From Raillietiella orientalis (lineage: Eukaryota), in contig JAYWIR010000076.1 in the NCBI GenBank assembly GCA_036172245.1, positions 310,001-374,000 on the forward strand: a stretch of 64,000 nucleotides of DNA, written 5' to 3'. This document shows positions 20,612-33,399 of this stretch, piece by piece. Each line of letters opens with the position of its first letter. The first letter of the stretch is position 1. The notes beneath the pieces were generated by a model, which was given only the letters and a program-made list of their open reading frames with translations, ran no database searches and had not been told where the DNA came from. The translations under genes were made by a program, and so were the position numbers.

Positions 20612-22711
20612 CAAGGCGTTCGACTGTGTTCACCAGGAGCATCTGTTGGAGCTCCTAAGTCGCATGGGCTTCTCACCCTCCTTGATCACTTACCTGCGTT
20701 CTTGCTGGCGTAATGCGATTATCTGCATCTTTTTCAGCAGTCAGAAGGTGTATGGCGTGCCGGTGCGGCGGGGCATCAGCCAGGGCGATAGCCTGAGTCC
20801 CCTGCTCTTAAGTACCTACTTTGAGTTGGTGCTGAGAGCGTACAGGGTGACTTTGGCCCCTTTGCCGAGCTCGTGCCCCGGCACGCCCGCTGTAGCAGCC
20901 TATGCCGACGACCTTCTGCTCCTCTTACCTATGTCCACCCCGGCGAAGGCGTTCGGAGACTTCTTCGATCTGCTCAGCCGTGGGACAGGACTGCAGATCA
21001 ACAGGGCGAAGTCGTCGGTGCTGCCAGTAGGTGCGGCGTGGGCAGGGCACTGGGTCCGTCTGGGGATCCTCACGGCGAGGTACCTCAAGTACTCGGTGTG
21101 CCGTTGGGGGACTACTTTCCTGCGGAAGCGTGGTCCAGGTGCCTGCAAAAAGTCTAGACGGCGATCGGCCCGTTCCTGGAAGGCAATTTTCACTTGCCGG
21201 GACGGGCCGCGGTTTGGAACGCCTTTGCGGCACCCATCCTCCGCCCCTTGCTTTTTGTTTGCCCCGCCTTAGGAGTTGTTAAAAAGAGGACGAAGGTTCT
21301 CCTCCTCATCGCCCTTTGGGGCAAGGGGAGGCCCCGAGTCCCTCTGAAGGACTTGTGCGCTCCGCGTCGGGACGGCGGTCTTGGACTCCTGACGCTGGAG
21401 TGCGTGGAAATCCAGCTGCGATGGCGAACCCTCGCCATCGCAGCGAAGATGTGGAGCACCCCTTGGTGCGTTCCGGCCCGCCTCCTTGCCAGGCGTGAGT
21501 CCCGATGCGAAGGACTCGCGTCGTTTCTTCTGTGCCCTGGCCGGAAGATTCGAAGATGCGGCCTTATGCTCGGACGAATAGCAACCCTGGCGAAGGTGAC
21601 CGGTTGGGTGGTTTGCTGCCCCGCCAACTCCTCTGCCTGGCTGGAGGAGACTGCAGGCACCTGGGCCAAGCAGAACCGGAGAAGAGAAGAGAATATAAAC
21701 TGCCTGCGAATCGGCCCATACGCCAACCGCACTCTGCGGGAAATACTGGAATTTCCCCGGAGTCTCAGGTGGGCGTTGTCGACTCCCCTTGCTACGGCGA
21801 TGCCCTACCTCCTGAGGGCGCTTCAGGATCGCCAGAAGCCGAGGTGGCAAGTCACTTGCCAGATCGCAGGCAGGGAGAAGATGTTAAGTGGCTGGACCAC
21901 AGGAGAACTGGCGGACGCCACGACCCCGAGCGTCCAGCCGCGTGGATTGATGAGATGGGGCGAGCTGCTCGCTATCCCTACCGATGTGCTGAATTGGCCC
22001 CCGGTACTCAAGGAATCCAGGATCCTGCCCCTTAAGTGGCAAGAGTCGGCGTTGCTACTGCTTCACTGGGGTTTACCCTGCAACGCACGCCGCTTCCACT
22101 GGACAAGGGGATCTGTGGATCCTGAATGTGTCAGGTGCGGAGAGCGGGAATCGCTCTCCCACCTTATTGTGGACTGTGCTGCCCTCCGACCCCTCTGGGA
22201 ACGGTTCGGGACAACCCTCGGGCTCCCTACGGGCAGCACCCCCAGAGACGTTCTTCGGCCCCTCTTCGTGAAGGACGCACTGCAGCCAGCCGCAGCCATC
22301 GCAGCCTTGTGCTGTGTCCGTGGCATCGTGGCGGCATGGAGCGACGCCAACTACGGAGGAGTGGGTCCACACGCGAGGGATGTCATCCCATATGCCCAAC
22401 GGTTCTTGCGGAGAGCTGCCGGGTGGCCCCAACTGGGGAATATGCGGATGGACCTCGAAGGTTTCCTTCAACGGATGGGCCCTCCTCACAGCGAGTAGTG
22501 ATCCCTTCCCTGCCCTTCAACTTCTTTTTGTTTGTTTATTTTTTATTTTTCTCTTTGTTTTACCGCCATCCCTTTTCTTTGATATGGAACGCTACGCCGG
22601 GCTGCGTCCCGGCGTCCCGGCAGGTCCCGTGCGTATGGCCGTTAGCGGGGTCTTGTACTGCGTATGCAGGGTATTTTTAAAATAAACGCCCCGGGCGTAC
22701 CCGGGTGTAAA
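20612..22711 (+). mobile_element. L1/Tx1-clade element F, 3' half (RT from KAFD, C-terminus, 3' UTR); probably B family
   Basis: Starts KAFDCVHQEHLLELL, has YADD and CVRCGERESLSHLIVDC, stop at 22498, AATAAA + hairpin 22681-22705. Family assignment is inferred from the target site shared with B. Confidence 0.9.
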
Positions 22712-22873
22712 CCTCCAAGGCTGGCAAAAAGGCAGTTAGGCGTCCGGCCTCCACCGAGGAGTCGGTAACTTCCGACCTCAAGGCGCAGGCCGGAAACGAA
22801 GTTTCCACCTACGCGGCACGCCGCCGGAAGGCTGGAAGGAAGTCCAGCAAACCCCGGAAAGCCCTTCTCCCAG
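22712..22873 (+). mobile_element. Element G, D-family-like ORF1 fragment (host of F)
   Basis: Encodes SKAGKKAVRRPASTEESVTSD...RRKAGRKSSKPRK, matching D ORF1 SKAGKKAVRRSASPQESPTSD...RKKAGRNSTKPRK. Confidence 0.85.
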
Positions 22874-23148
22874 CCGGCGATGGATGCCGGAGAGATCGCC
22901 GGCATCCATCGCCGGTTTTCAAAGGAAACAACGGACTCACCAGAGACCCCTGTCCCCTGCGTACCATATTTTTATTTTTATTTTTTATAGTAGTGTTTTT
23001 GTGGTCCTTTCCCTGCCCTTCCGGACTTTCGCCATACCCACCTGCGTGTCGGGGATTCCACCCCTTTGGTATCTTGTTTTCCCCTTTGTCCAGGAACTCT
23101 GTTCCCGGATAGTTTTTTAATAAACGCCTCGACGCACCCGGGTGATAA
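22874..23148 (+). mobile_element. Element H, 3' terminus of a C/A-subclade element with a 17-bp 5' inversion
   Basis: EIAGIHRRF resembles the C terminus of C (EIGGIHCRF), followed by a T-rich UTR, AATAAA and a degenerate hairpin. Confidence 0.75.
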
Positions 23149-23296
23149 ACAACCGCCCCCCCGCGATCGTTTCGATCTCCTGGGCGTCTTTTGCGGTGAT
23201 CACGTGGATATCCTGCAAAAGCACCAGGTCGAAATCTCGCAAGGTGGCGGCTGTGTCCCGTTTGTTTCGGTCGTCGCGCATCCCGTTGACGTTCCA
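23149..23296 (-). mobile_element. Element I, B-like APE fragment
   Basis: WNVNGMRDDRNKRDTAATLRDFDLVLLQDIHVITAKDAQEIETIAGGRL, colinear with B 4420-4570. Confidence 0.85.
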
Positions 23297-24399
23297 TAAA
23301 ATGGAAAACCAGCAAAATAACCATTTTACTGACCTCAAAATATTAACCGTTCACTACGGTCTCATGAAAATACACAAATATTTTGCGTTGCACTGAATTT
23401 TGCATGAATTTTTTGTCACCACGTTCTACCTGATTTTACAAATACATATTTCAAATATAATGGGGTCACACGTTATTCCTTTAAAAACTAAGGTTAAAAA
23501 ATTGCCATGTGCCAAAAAAATGAAATGAACTCTAGAATCTGAAGTAAAAAAACTCTGCAACAAATTGTTTGAATCCCTTTATCTATGCCTTCATGAAGGA
23601 CTATAAACTCTGAAGCACCTTGCAGAACACCTCATAAGCTTTGGTATTTCCAGGCAGATGTCATAATAAAACAATGATGTTCAGACACATGGTAAACTTA
23701 TTGCACAAGCTCGGAGCAAAGGATTACCTGTTACTCGCATCTTATCCGGAAAGGGTTAGCATTCCCAGAATCCACAGCATGAAACTCCTAGACTGAAACA
23801 TACCATCCTGGGAGCACAGTCGACTGTGGATGGGATCAGATGAGAGAGATGCTAATCAATAGCACCAAATCAAGTAATAACCTTGGCAACCAAACCTCAA
23901 ACAGGACATCTTTATCCTTTTAGACATACAAGAGTACCATACTGTAGTTCCTTCGTCAAATCTCTCAAATAATGGGATCTCTCCAAGAACATCCTCACAA
24001 ATTCACATTCCTCATCCGCCAGAGAGCAAGCATGCCACTTGCTACAAGTCAACAAACTGCACCAACTCCCACTTCTGCAAGAACTACTCCTCATCCCACA
24101 AGCAGACCATCTCCTTACATCACACTCCAATCTACAGGTGATGATTCTCATCTCAAAATTTCCTCCTCTATAACTGAACAGCAAGATTCCATTTCAAACT
24201 AGTTTCAAGGGAAAATTGCGCGATTTGCAATCACAACCAAAAGATGTACAAACATGCCAGTTAGCCATGGATACACTGAACGATGTCAACCATACCATTT
24301 ACACATACTTTCGAACCCTGGGTGCAAGCCCAACCTTCGAAGGACCTACCCAGGAGATTACAACCCCCAAACACATCCACCCCTTATATAAGCTCTTTC

Positions 24400-24575
24400 C
24401 ATATTGGGATCCAATCACTATGACAGGGCATCAGAAAAGCATTGCCAATCCCAAGATCTTAGCATCTGCAGACGATCTCGTGATTGTAACCAGAAATCCA
24501 AACGATCTGCCATCAGCCTCAGACCTGACAGGGGCACTCACAAAATGCCTTGTCGTACTGCTAAACACAAATTAG
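24400..24575 (+). pseudogene. Possible highly decayed RT remnant
   Basis: ILASADDLVIV resembles L[AF]YADDLVI; little other support. Confidence 0.35.
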
Positions 24576-27500
24576 TGTAACGAACTTTACCGCCAAGAGA
24601 AAACAACATCTCCAGGATTGAATTATTGTGAGATGCTTTCACATACGACTATCATTGCATATCAACTTCTTCTCAATGATATAAGTCATATCGAAGAGAT
24701 ACCTGCATGAGGTTACATTTGCATGGTAACTTCACAAAACAACACGTTGTCAACCACCTGCACAGCTGAGTGCTCACAACCTTAGATTGCACCTCGAATT
24801 TAAAAAAGTCAACTCTACTCTCAGCAGGCCCTGCTGTCAAAAAGCATGGCATGAACAGAAACGTTGCAAACCTCAACACTTTGTCAGCAGTGCAAGTCCA
24901 ATGGTTTTAAAACCTTTCCTGCTAAAACTCATAACATCCCAAGTCATCTCATCGCAAGAATCAGAACATCAACATCAGAACATCAACACTCCCTTTTCGC
25001 GTTCATGAACATTCCTGTAAACAATCGCCATCACAGTAAACGTGCAAGGAGGAATGGGACAGATGCAGTTCTCAAAACAACAGCTTACCATGAAATTGCA
25101 CCTTTTCACTCTTCAATGATCCTTTCGAAATGATTTCACTACGTCTCCTAGCGTTTCTTCCACTCATGTCGGTGTTCTTTTGCAATCTGAGGTCTCCTCC
25201 GGATGCAGAAGAGGCTTCTCACGTTCTCCAATCGTCACTTTTACGATCTGTTGCCTCTGCTTTCCACACTTTCCGGCCACAAACGGCTCGTCTTGCATGC
25301 CGCGTTGTTCAACCGTTGTTCCCACGAGAATCTTCAAAGCCACCACAAAGCCGACACTGCACATTCAGCAATCGTCTTTCCGAATTCGTCGTTCTTTCAG
25401 TGATGCCCATGGCATCGCGGAATCTTTCCCATTTGTAGTATTACAATGACAACTTGGCATTTCTCATTCTTGGTGTGGCTCAGCCACGCGGCTAGGGATC
25501 ATGCAGACTCCTGGAATGGATCATATTTCCCAAACGTGGCTCATTGGAGTCGCGTCGACTGAAACCAATGTCTCCATCATGGCCGTTGGTGCATTTCGAT
25601 CCTCCGCTATTCGAAACGGAGTACCTTCCAGAAAGTTTTCTGAACACTTCTTATGATTCTGAAGGTGCGTCCCAGTGGACTCGTCAATGCCCACTCCCTT
25701 CTAAAGATCCATTGTCTAGCATTGAAGTGTTCGCGTATAGATGACTATTAGTTTCTAGGTAACGACTATTGTACGAAAAAGAATTGGAATCATGCGAAGT
25801 GTTTTATCAGTGGACGTACTTTTTCAAAAAACACTGCACATGTACACGAAAATGAATCGAGATTTAGGCTTTCTTATACGCAGAAAGGCTGTTTTCCATC
25901 GTAAGCACGAAACCAAACCTTCTCCCTATTCCACGCTTGGCTTTTCAAGAATTCAAACTCGGCAGGGCCTGCAAGCAGATTATTTCACGAAGCTTCCATG
26001 GATGTGAAATTCAAATCACGGAACAGTGGTGCAGAGAGAGCAGCAGCCGAGCACATCGGAACGAATATCTCAACACCAGGAATCAGTTTGAAACAAGTTC
26101 GTGTGTGATTGAATTGGGCATACATTCTGCGGGTAGAGGAATCAGGGAAGGAATCCTAGCAAAAAGAGACTGCTCCTTGGAACTGCCTATGTTGCCTTCA
26201 GGACATCAGCCTTGCTATAAAGGACGCAGGGGAGTGCCAAACCAAACGGCGCCACATGCTGGAAAATCGAATAATTCGTGCACCTTCTAGTGCACTCTTT
26301 TCCTCTCCGGGCAACCTTCCCCCTTGCTTTGGACTCCACAGCAGCAGTCACTCATTTCCACATCGGGATCTTACAGGTGGGCTCGAGGTGCTTCCACTTG
26401 GAAAGTCATGCAGAGGACCTCGCCAGCATACTGCAAGGAATGCAAAGGACCCAACTGTGCAGGGATTTGCGCTCCTCCCTCCGTTCTCCGGAACGATTCT
26501 TCCCTGCATAAGAGGCACCCCCTTTCTTGGGATGCTGGGACACAAGGAATTCCATGCAACCAGGCAGCATTTCCTCTTGTGCAGCACGTAAAAACACAAA
26601 GCCAGGAAATGATTACAAAAGAGAGCCGTTTCCTTCAATGCTTGAGTTTTCTTCTTCCCTGATTCTTCTTTCCTGCTGATGGCCCAGAGTGCATGCAGAC
26701 CAAAATGTTTGCTGGAAAACTGATAGTTTTCCAGCAAACATGGTCTGCATGCACTCTGGGCCAATAAAGGGACCCACAAAAGCAAAGAAACTTACTTTTC
26801 CAACTAATGCACAACTTCATCTATGATCATAACGAAATAGCTTCTTTCCTTGGACTGCAACAGTAAAATCTGATGTTTAAGAATAGGTGATTAATCTGCT
26901 TGCGAAGGATGCTTTAACCTTGCATTTCTAGCATTCAGTCAGTGCAGCAGTGGTTTCCCTAAGCAGAAAGACATGATACTTGGCCAGCTGAAAGATTGAT
27001 CAACCTATGCATGGAGGGCCAGGATGTATGACTACTTTAAACTATGCTCCATCATCACTATTTGCAACTACACCTGAAAACTTTTGAATGGAATTGTACC
27101 TTAAGACCTGCTTGCATGCAAGGAGAGATCTGTGGGCAAGCCACCTATTCTGCCAATTTTGGAGCCATATATGAAACTTATTAACAGACTCTGCTGTCCT
27201 ACCATTTCCAGGTTGCTGGTAGGCCTATACTTGTCTACCGACATTGAAAGACTGAACTGCTCACCTTCTGTTTCCACATTGCTAAAATGACTCGCAGCTT
27301 GCTACAAGCATTCTAGCTTTTTTCTTGAGGGTGAGCTTGATGACACCGAGCCTCACATCTTTCCTATTACCCCTGAAGCACATGCTACATGTACAGTGGA
27401 AATCAAAGCATTATTTGCAGTTCCAGCCCAATGCTTTTGTTCATTCCTAATCGTTTCTCAGATGTCATCTACGCCAATCATTTTAACATTCCTATCCTTA

Positions 27501-30229
27501 GCCTGAGAACTTCTTCCTTTTCCTGCCTGAACGTACGTCGGCAATCTTTGATGCTCCTGCATCTTCACCATAGCCAAGATGATAGTGTTCCAGTTCACAG
27601 AATCACACAGAGGACCCTGCAACCTGCGGCTTTCATCTTCTGCCGTTTCTCTTTCCTTGGAATCCAGAACACTGGTCACAAAAACTGGCATTCATGTAGC
27701 AACCTCTCCTCCTCATCGCAGCAATTCTGTTCAGACCGATAACTTTGCGAGTTATTATTGGTTTCTCACCACTGAGAATATTTTGCTTCCTAAATGCTGT
27801 GCAGCTGGAGGGTTTCAAACCTTTCACATGCAAGAAATGCTCTTTGTTCTTGCTGTGTCACCAGTGTGAAATCCATGAACTAAAGTAGACCCATCCACTG
27901 CATAATAGATGCAAATCAACTTTCCAAAGTGCTTTAGCTATGATGTGCTCATTACTTTCCCAAATTGTGGCACCACATGCCTATTGTGTTTCTTCCCAAA
28001 CCATTCAGGAACAGTGCATCTCAGAACACTGGAGAATCACTTGCTCTTTTGAATGGACTCACCTGCCTTCAAGTGGCTACAGTAGAAAACAGGATTACCA
28101 AGACAAGAAATCACCACATGTATTACATATAGTGACTATTTAGAAAACGGGTAACCTCTCATCGATATCATTGCTGTCCTTCCGAAGACAAACGAAAAAT
28201 ATCCGAATCCAAACTACCCTTCACTATTCAAATGCAGCACGTGCTCAAGCGTACGCGAAACAATCATCGACAAACAGCTTTTTCTTTTTTTGAATTCAGA
28301 ATTCAATTTTTGAATTGCATGATGTTCAGTGTAAGAAGTCAGCTCGAGTGAAGAAGCTTCGTGCAGCTCATCAGATTCCACCGAAACCGAGGAAACGTGC
28401 CGTCCGACACACAAGTGAGTACATTTTTGAAAATCTGGTTATTAAATGGTGTTGTTACTTTGAGCATGTTTCAAAGTCATCTTGAAAATCTGAACCTATG
28501 TATCCAACAGATTTTCTTTTCAAGCTAACTTTTGTGTGAATTTTTGTGAAATCGTCGCCTTGAGATTCCTAAATGAGGATTTTCCTTTGGATCCGAAAAC
28601 TCTTCTCACATCCGCGGAGGGCGACGGCCGCTCCGCGTTATTGAGCAACTGTTTTCATCCAAAGTTCCGTTTCATCATCTCTTAGAATTTTCGAGTCCGA
28701 GGCATCGAAAAACCAAACCACAGATGAATGCTGCAGAGGAAACTGCACTTCTGCACTCCTGCCGTTCAGCTAAACCATTTGAATGCTATTTTGGCAGAAT
28801 GCTTTTCTCCGACGCCAACTCACTTGTCTTTTGTTTTTCGAATCCACTGAGAATTAGCACGTCTTTGCTGTCCTGAGTATGTTGATGACCTATCCTAAAC
28901 GAAACAGTTGCATTTACTGTCCACTCTTCCAAAATCCAGGCAGCTGCAACGTTTGCAATGGGGAAGTGCTCTTGGGTGCACTACGTTGATTGCTTGCCTA
29001 GTGTGCTGCCAGGTTATGGTGTTTCCCGCCTCCAGGAATCGGAAAATGGGGATTGTATGCAATTTTCAGCTGCATAGGAGGAATCCAGTTGTAGTAATCG
29101 AGCAATCTTTGGTGTTTCAGTGCAGGAATTGAGGGTTCCCTGGGAACATGTACCCGTTTGGTGTCTAGCAGTGTCAGATCACATGCTGCTCCCTTAATCA
29201 GTTTCTCACAATTGGCGTTGCCACAACCTAAATGTGTTGGCTTTCAGTTAAAGTTCGCACTCTATGGATTGAAAGCTCTCAGTGTTTGAGACGTGATGTG
29301 TTTCCACACTTCGGTCACCTGCTACATTTGCATAGTTCAAGGAAAATGGTGTTGCAGAATTTGCATTCCACAGCCACTTGATATGAAGGATTTTAGTTGC
29401 ATGAATCTCCAACTGCTAAAAGAATAGTTCTGAACTTGAAAAACTGTTTCTACGACTGATTTTAAAAGATGGCAATGTAGAGTTCAGAGATGTTGGAGGG
29501 GATCAAAACCTGGAAAGGAAAGACCCCTGTTGCATAGAGATGAGAATGTTTTAAAAAGTAAATTCCTGAAAACACTGGCCCTAGTTGGGATACTGTGTTT
29601 TATGTTGAAGTTTTCCACTAGCTGAATGAAGAACCTCAATAGCTTGTGCAAAGAAACGATAGTGCTAGGATAAGAAGATAAGGATTGATGTAAGGAGGGA
29701 TGTGATGGTGAGCTAGAAAGAATTCATTTCATCTCGTTCTACAGCAACTGGTCATATTAATGCAAAAAAGGTGGTTGCCAAAGATTCCTCCAGCTGGATA
29801 CCTTATAGGTTTTACATCAACTTGAGAATGTATAATTGCTTGTGGTTATTTACCTCGAACACATGTTGTTAGAGCAGTTGAATTCACTATAAAATTATTC
29901 TTTCCATCAATAAGGCAAAATCTCTTTTCGGATTTCTTGAGGATCTTCCAAAGTTACCTGGGAGAGTGTCAGCACTAGTAGAAGAAATGTGTGCCTTCCT
30001 TAGAGATTGGATTTGGTGGCTCTCAAGTGGAGCTGGGATTCATCAAACGAAACCACCCTCTCCTCATTTACCCCGGAGCTGACTTTCTTCATTTTTCAGG
30101 AACCATGGTATCTCTTGTTAAACTTTCTTGAAGGCTGACTTGGAGTGTTTGTGTCTAACTGCCCTCTTTGCTACGTGTTTGCATTTTCATAAAATTCTGA
30201 AAGTTCTGGAAGTCTTTGCGAACAGTGTT

Positions 30230-30800
30230 TGTTCATAAAACTGCCGCGTCCGATCTCTCCCATGTTGCCCAATTTCCCCTCCCTGCGATCTCGAAGGAAA
30301 TGGAAAAAATCATTAGCAAATTACTTGTTGGAAGACTGCACTGAAAAATTTTTTCCTCATGAGCACATTACTCGATCGTTGCAGAGTCCATCATCGGAAT
30401 GTTGCTATATTTTCGGAACATTTTAAAGATGTCCCTACTTGTGTTTCTCATGAACTCGTCCTTCGAACATGGCAATCCTTCCGTGTTGACAGCAACTTTT
30501 GTGTACTCATTCGAGATCTGTATAGCAATCTCCTCCCATATAAGATTGGATGCGTGTTTGTCTGCGCAGACAATATCAGCATTTTTGGAGGCGTACGGCA
30601 AAAGTGTCCATTCGGTGGATTGCTGTTGAACATTGCACTCGAGCCATTCATTGAAGTTGTACTCCATGGACACCCTTCAGTCATGCCCTTGCCTTATGCT
30701 AATGATGATGCACCCTCTCGGCAAATACTCGTGAAGATTTGCAATTGGCACTTGCATCCTTCGCTGAGTACACGTTCGATGCTGCATTGTACATCAACCC
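30230..30800 (+). mobile_element. Decayed non-LTR RT fragment (RLE-type related)
   Basis: VSHELV...IRDLYSN...GVRQKCPFGGLLLNIALEP...PYANDD corresponds to RT domains 3-5; similar to the RT at 40624-41094. Confidence 0.75.
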
Positions 30801-33399
30801 TTGCAAATGTGCATCTTATTAGTTTCATGTGTAGGGTTGTTGTTTTCTATCGCTTTTCCATCAATAAATATATACATACTTAGAGCCTTTTTTTCTGTAC
30901 AATTCCGCAATGTTCCCAATAATCATTTGTCCCGTAGTGGAAAATAGATTCCGTGGAATCTTGCTTTGCACCTTTCCCAGTTCACAATCCACGCAGAGGG
31001 AACAACATCGTTCCTTCCTGGACAAGATGAAACAAGCTGATCAAACATTAGGCAAATTTGTCTCCAGGCTCGCCTAATAAATTTATTTTTACGCATACGG
31101 GCGACCGATGTCTCAGTGAGATGTTGACAGTGCAAGAAGCTCGTAGTATGGTAGCAGATTCATTCTTGGTCACTTGCTCGGATACCATGGTTTCCGAAGT
31201 TGCTCTTGCTGCTTTAGCGGACCCCAGAAGTAGGCAATCACATGCGCCTCCCACTACTGAACCGATGGCCAGATACTGAATTAGCAGCTGATTCACCCTG
31301 TAGCGACCCCCCTACATAGTGGTTCTTCATGAAAAAAGCCCCAAAACTGTCATCCTTGCAGTTTACTCTACAAGATGGTAATATCTACTGGTAAATTGAC
31401 CTCCAAGAAGTAGCTTTCTTCAAAGTCATTATTTCCTCCAACAGGAGATAGGTCTCACGGACAATCGTGCCGTTTTCAGGGATGCGAAGCGTCTGTCATT
31501 CACGTTAAAGAAACCTTGGCTGAAGTACCATGTCACTCCCAGACTCACCTTGCTACTATCATTATCCGGAAGTGCAGCTACGTTGTCCACTTGTTGGCAG
31601 GAATGCCCTCCTCAGGATGGCTTTTCTGAACGTTTGATGGTAGATGCAATTTTTACAACTCCACGTTCCTACCGGATCTTTATTTTCTAGACGCAACGGC
31701 CACAGTAACAGCAGACGTCTAGTCCCGTTGAACAACCGTTCTTTCACGAAAAAGCCAAAATTGCCTGCACTCGAAGGAAGTGGGAACTATTGAGGCCTGC
31801 AAACCATGAATGATGCTAACGTTGTACAATCTTGCAAGCCGTCCTGTTTTTTCTGATCCCTCACCTTGGACTAAAAATTCAATGGCAAGTAATCACATTT
31901 GCTTAAGTACCTTTGAATTTTGCTTCTTAGTTTGACCAATATAGCCACGGCCAAATCTTCTTGTGTCACTTTGGTTAATACTAATTTTGCACTCACTCTG
32001 CCATCTGTCAATTCACCGTTAGTAATATTCGGATTCTTATATCCTGCCATACCCTTCGATATGTATAAGCTCATTGGCAACAGCAATCGGCACATTCTGA
32101 GGCTTTCGACTGCTCTGTACCTCACCACACTTGAAGGGTCTTTCTCTTCTTGAGCCATTAACGCGTTCTCTACCGGATTCCCCATGACGCATCCATGGTG
32201 CATGACACGAATTAGCAACTTTATTCCAATGCAAATCAAGGTCACTATCCATATCTTCAACGGGTGTGTATTTTAACATTCTAGGAGCACATATTTGTGG
32301 TTCCTCTTTGGATGCTATGTGTTTCCATGATCTTTCCTCCATGCTGTACCTCATCACATCCATTGATAACTGTTCCATCGGCATATGGAACTGCCGTTTT
32401 GTATAAAAGTTGTTAAGATTAATAAAGGCTGTATTTTAGGTTTTGCACAGTGTTTCCGACTTTGGCTCAAACTAGACATATTATCGCCCTTCCATAAATG
32501 TTTTACCAACAACACTCTAGATTCTATCATGAAGTAAATCATTTTCTATGTTGAACTTTGACTCACAGCACGGCCGCATAAGAGAAAAGCAAATAAGAGA
32601 AATTCACTTGGCAATTCCAAGAATATTAGCAAGGTTTATGAACTTCAGTTGGGTATGGAAGAAAAGAAAACATACATCATTGGTGTATGGTGAAAATTAA
32701 CAGAGGTATCGGTGGACGATGCGTGGTTTATGCAGATACCTAATTTCAAGCTAGAGAGTGTCCAAAGACATTCGGAAATAGGTGGATCGTGCGTTTCAAC
32801 CGATGCCATTCGTCGACCCTGCGGATGTCGGCGTCCTGCAATGTCAACTCCATCAGCTTCTGGTGACCGACAAACGTATCGGCAAATCGAAACGATCACC
32901 AACCGCTCGGGCGTGCAGAGCAGCGCAGCCCTGAAGCTGTTTTCCATCATCAAGGTGAACTGCAAGAGAGGCTGATCCGAGAGTAGGGCTTGAATGTCCT
33001 GGTACTTCTGGATGCTCGTCTTCGCCATACAGAACGTGGTCAATCGGATTCTGTCTAGCGGTGAGCCATTGCAGGCCGAAGTCGTCGGAGAGGAGGTGTT
33101 AGGACCGCTCTCCTCGTGATTCGAACTGTCGATTTCGATTCGAATGTTGCTGAACTCGACCTTGCTGCTCCCGCGGATGGCACTGCAAAGACGTCCCGTA
33201 ATCAGGCATTTTTATGAAGACCGACTGGCGTGACCCATCCATCTGCATTTGGTCGTAAATTAGGGCAAGCGTTTACCAACATTCTTCCCGCAAGCTTTCA
33301 AGGGTTCGTGAAACTGGAATGCAAGCTCAACACAAGAATCAAACGTCTGTAAAGAAATGGATCTATTCCTGGCACCTCTAATCTTGCCTCATGCGTGGG

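Noticed and set aside
1..23296. Prokaryotic RT system (retron, DGR, group II intron) or CRISPR array
   Set aside because: APE-RT-knuckle architecture, TSDs and a spliceosomal gene nearby show eukaryotic LINEs; no repeat-spacer array was seen.
25100..29400. Host exons or zinc-finger gene
   Set aside because: Only short ORFs and scattered CxxC motifs with stops; no consistent splice model could be built.
31871..32542. C-terminus of the L1 relic at 33.4-35.7 kb
   Set aside because: Only a faint LHW...KCGE resemblance; too weak to call.
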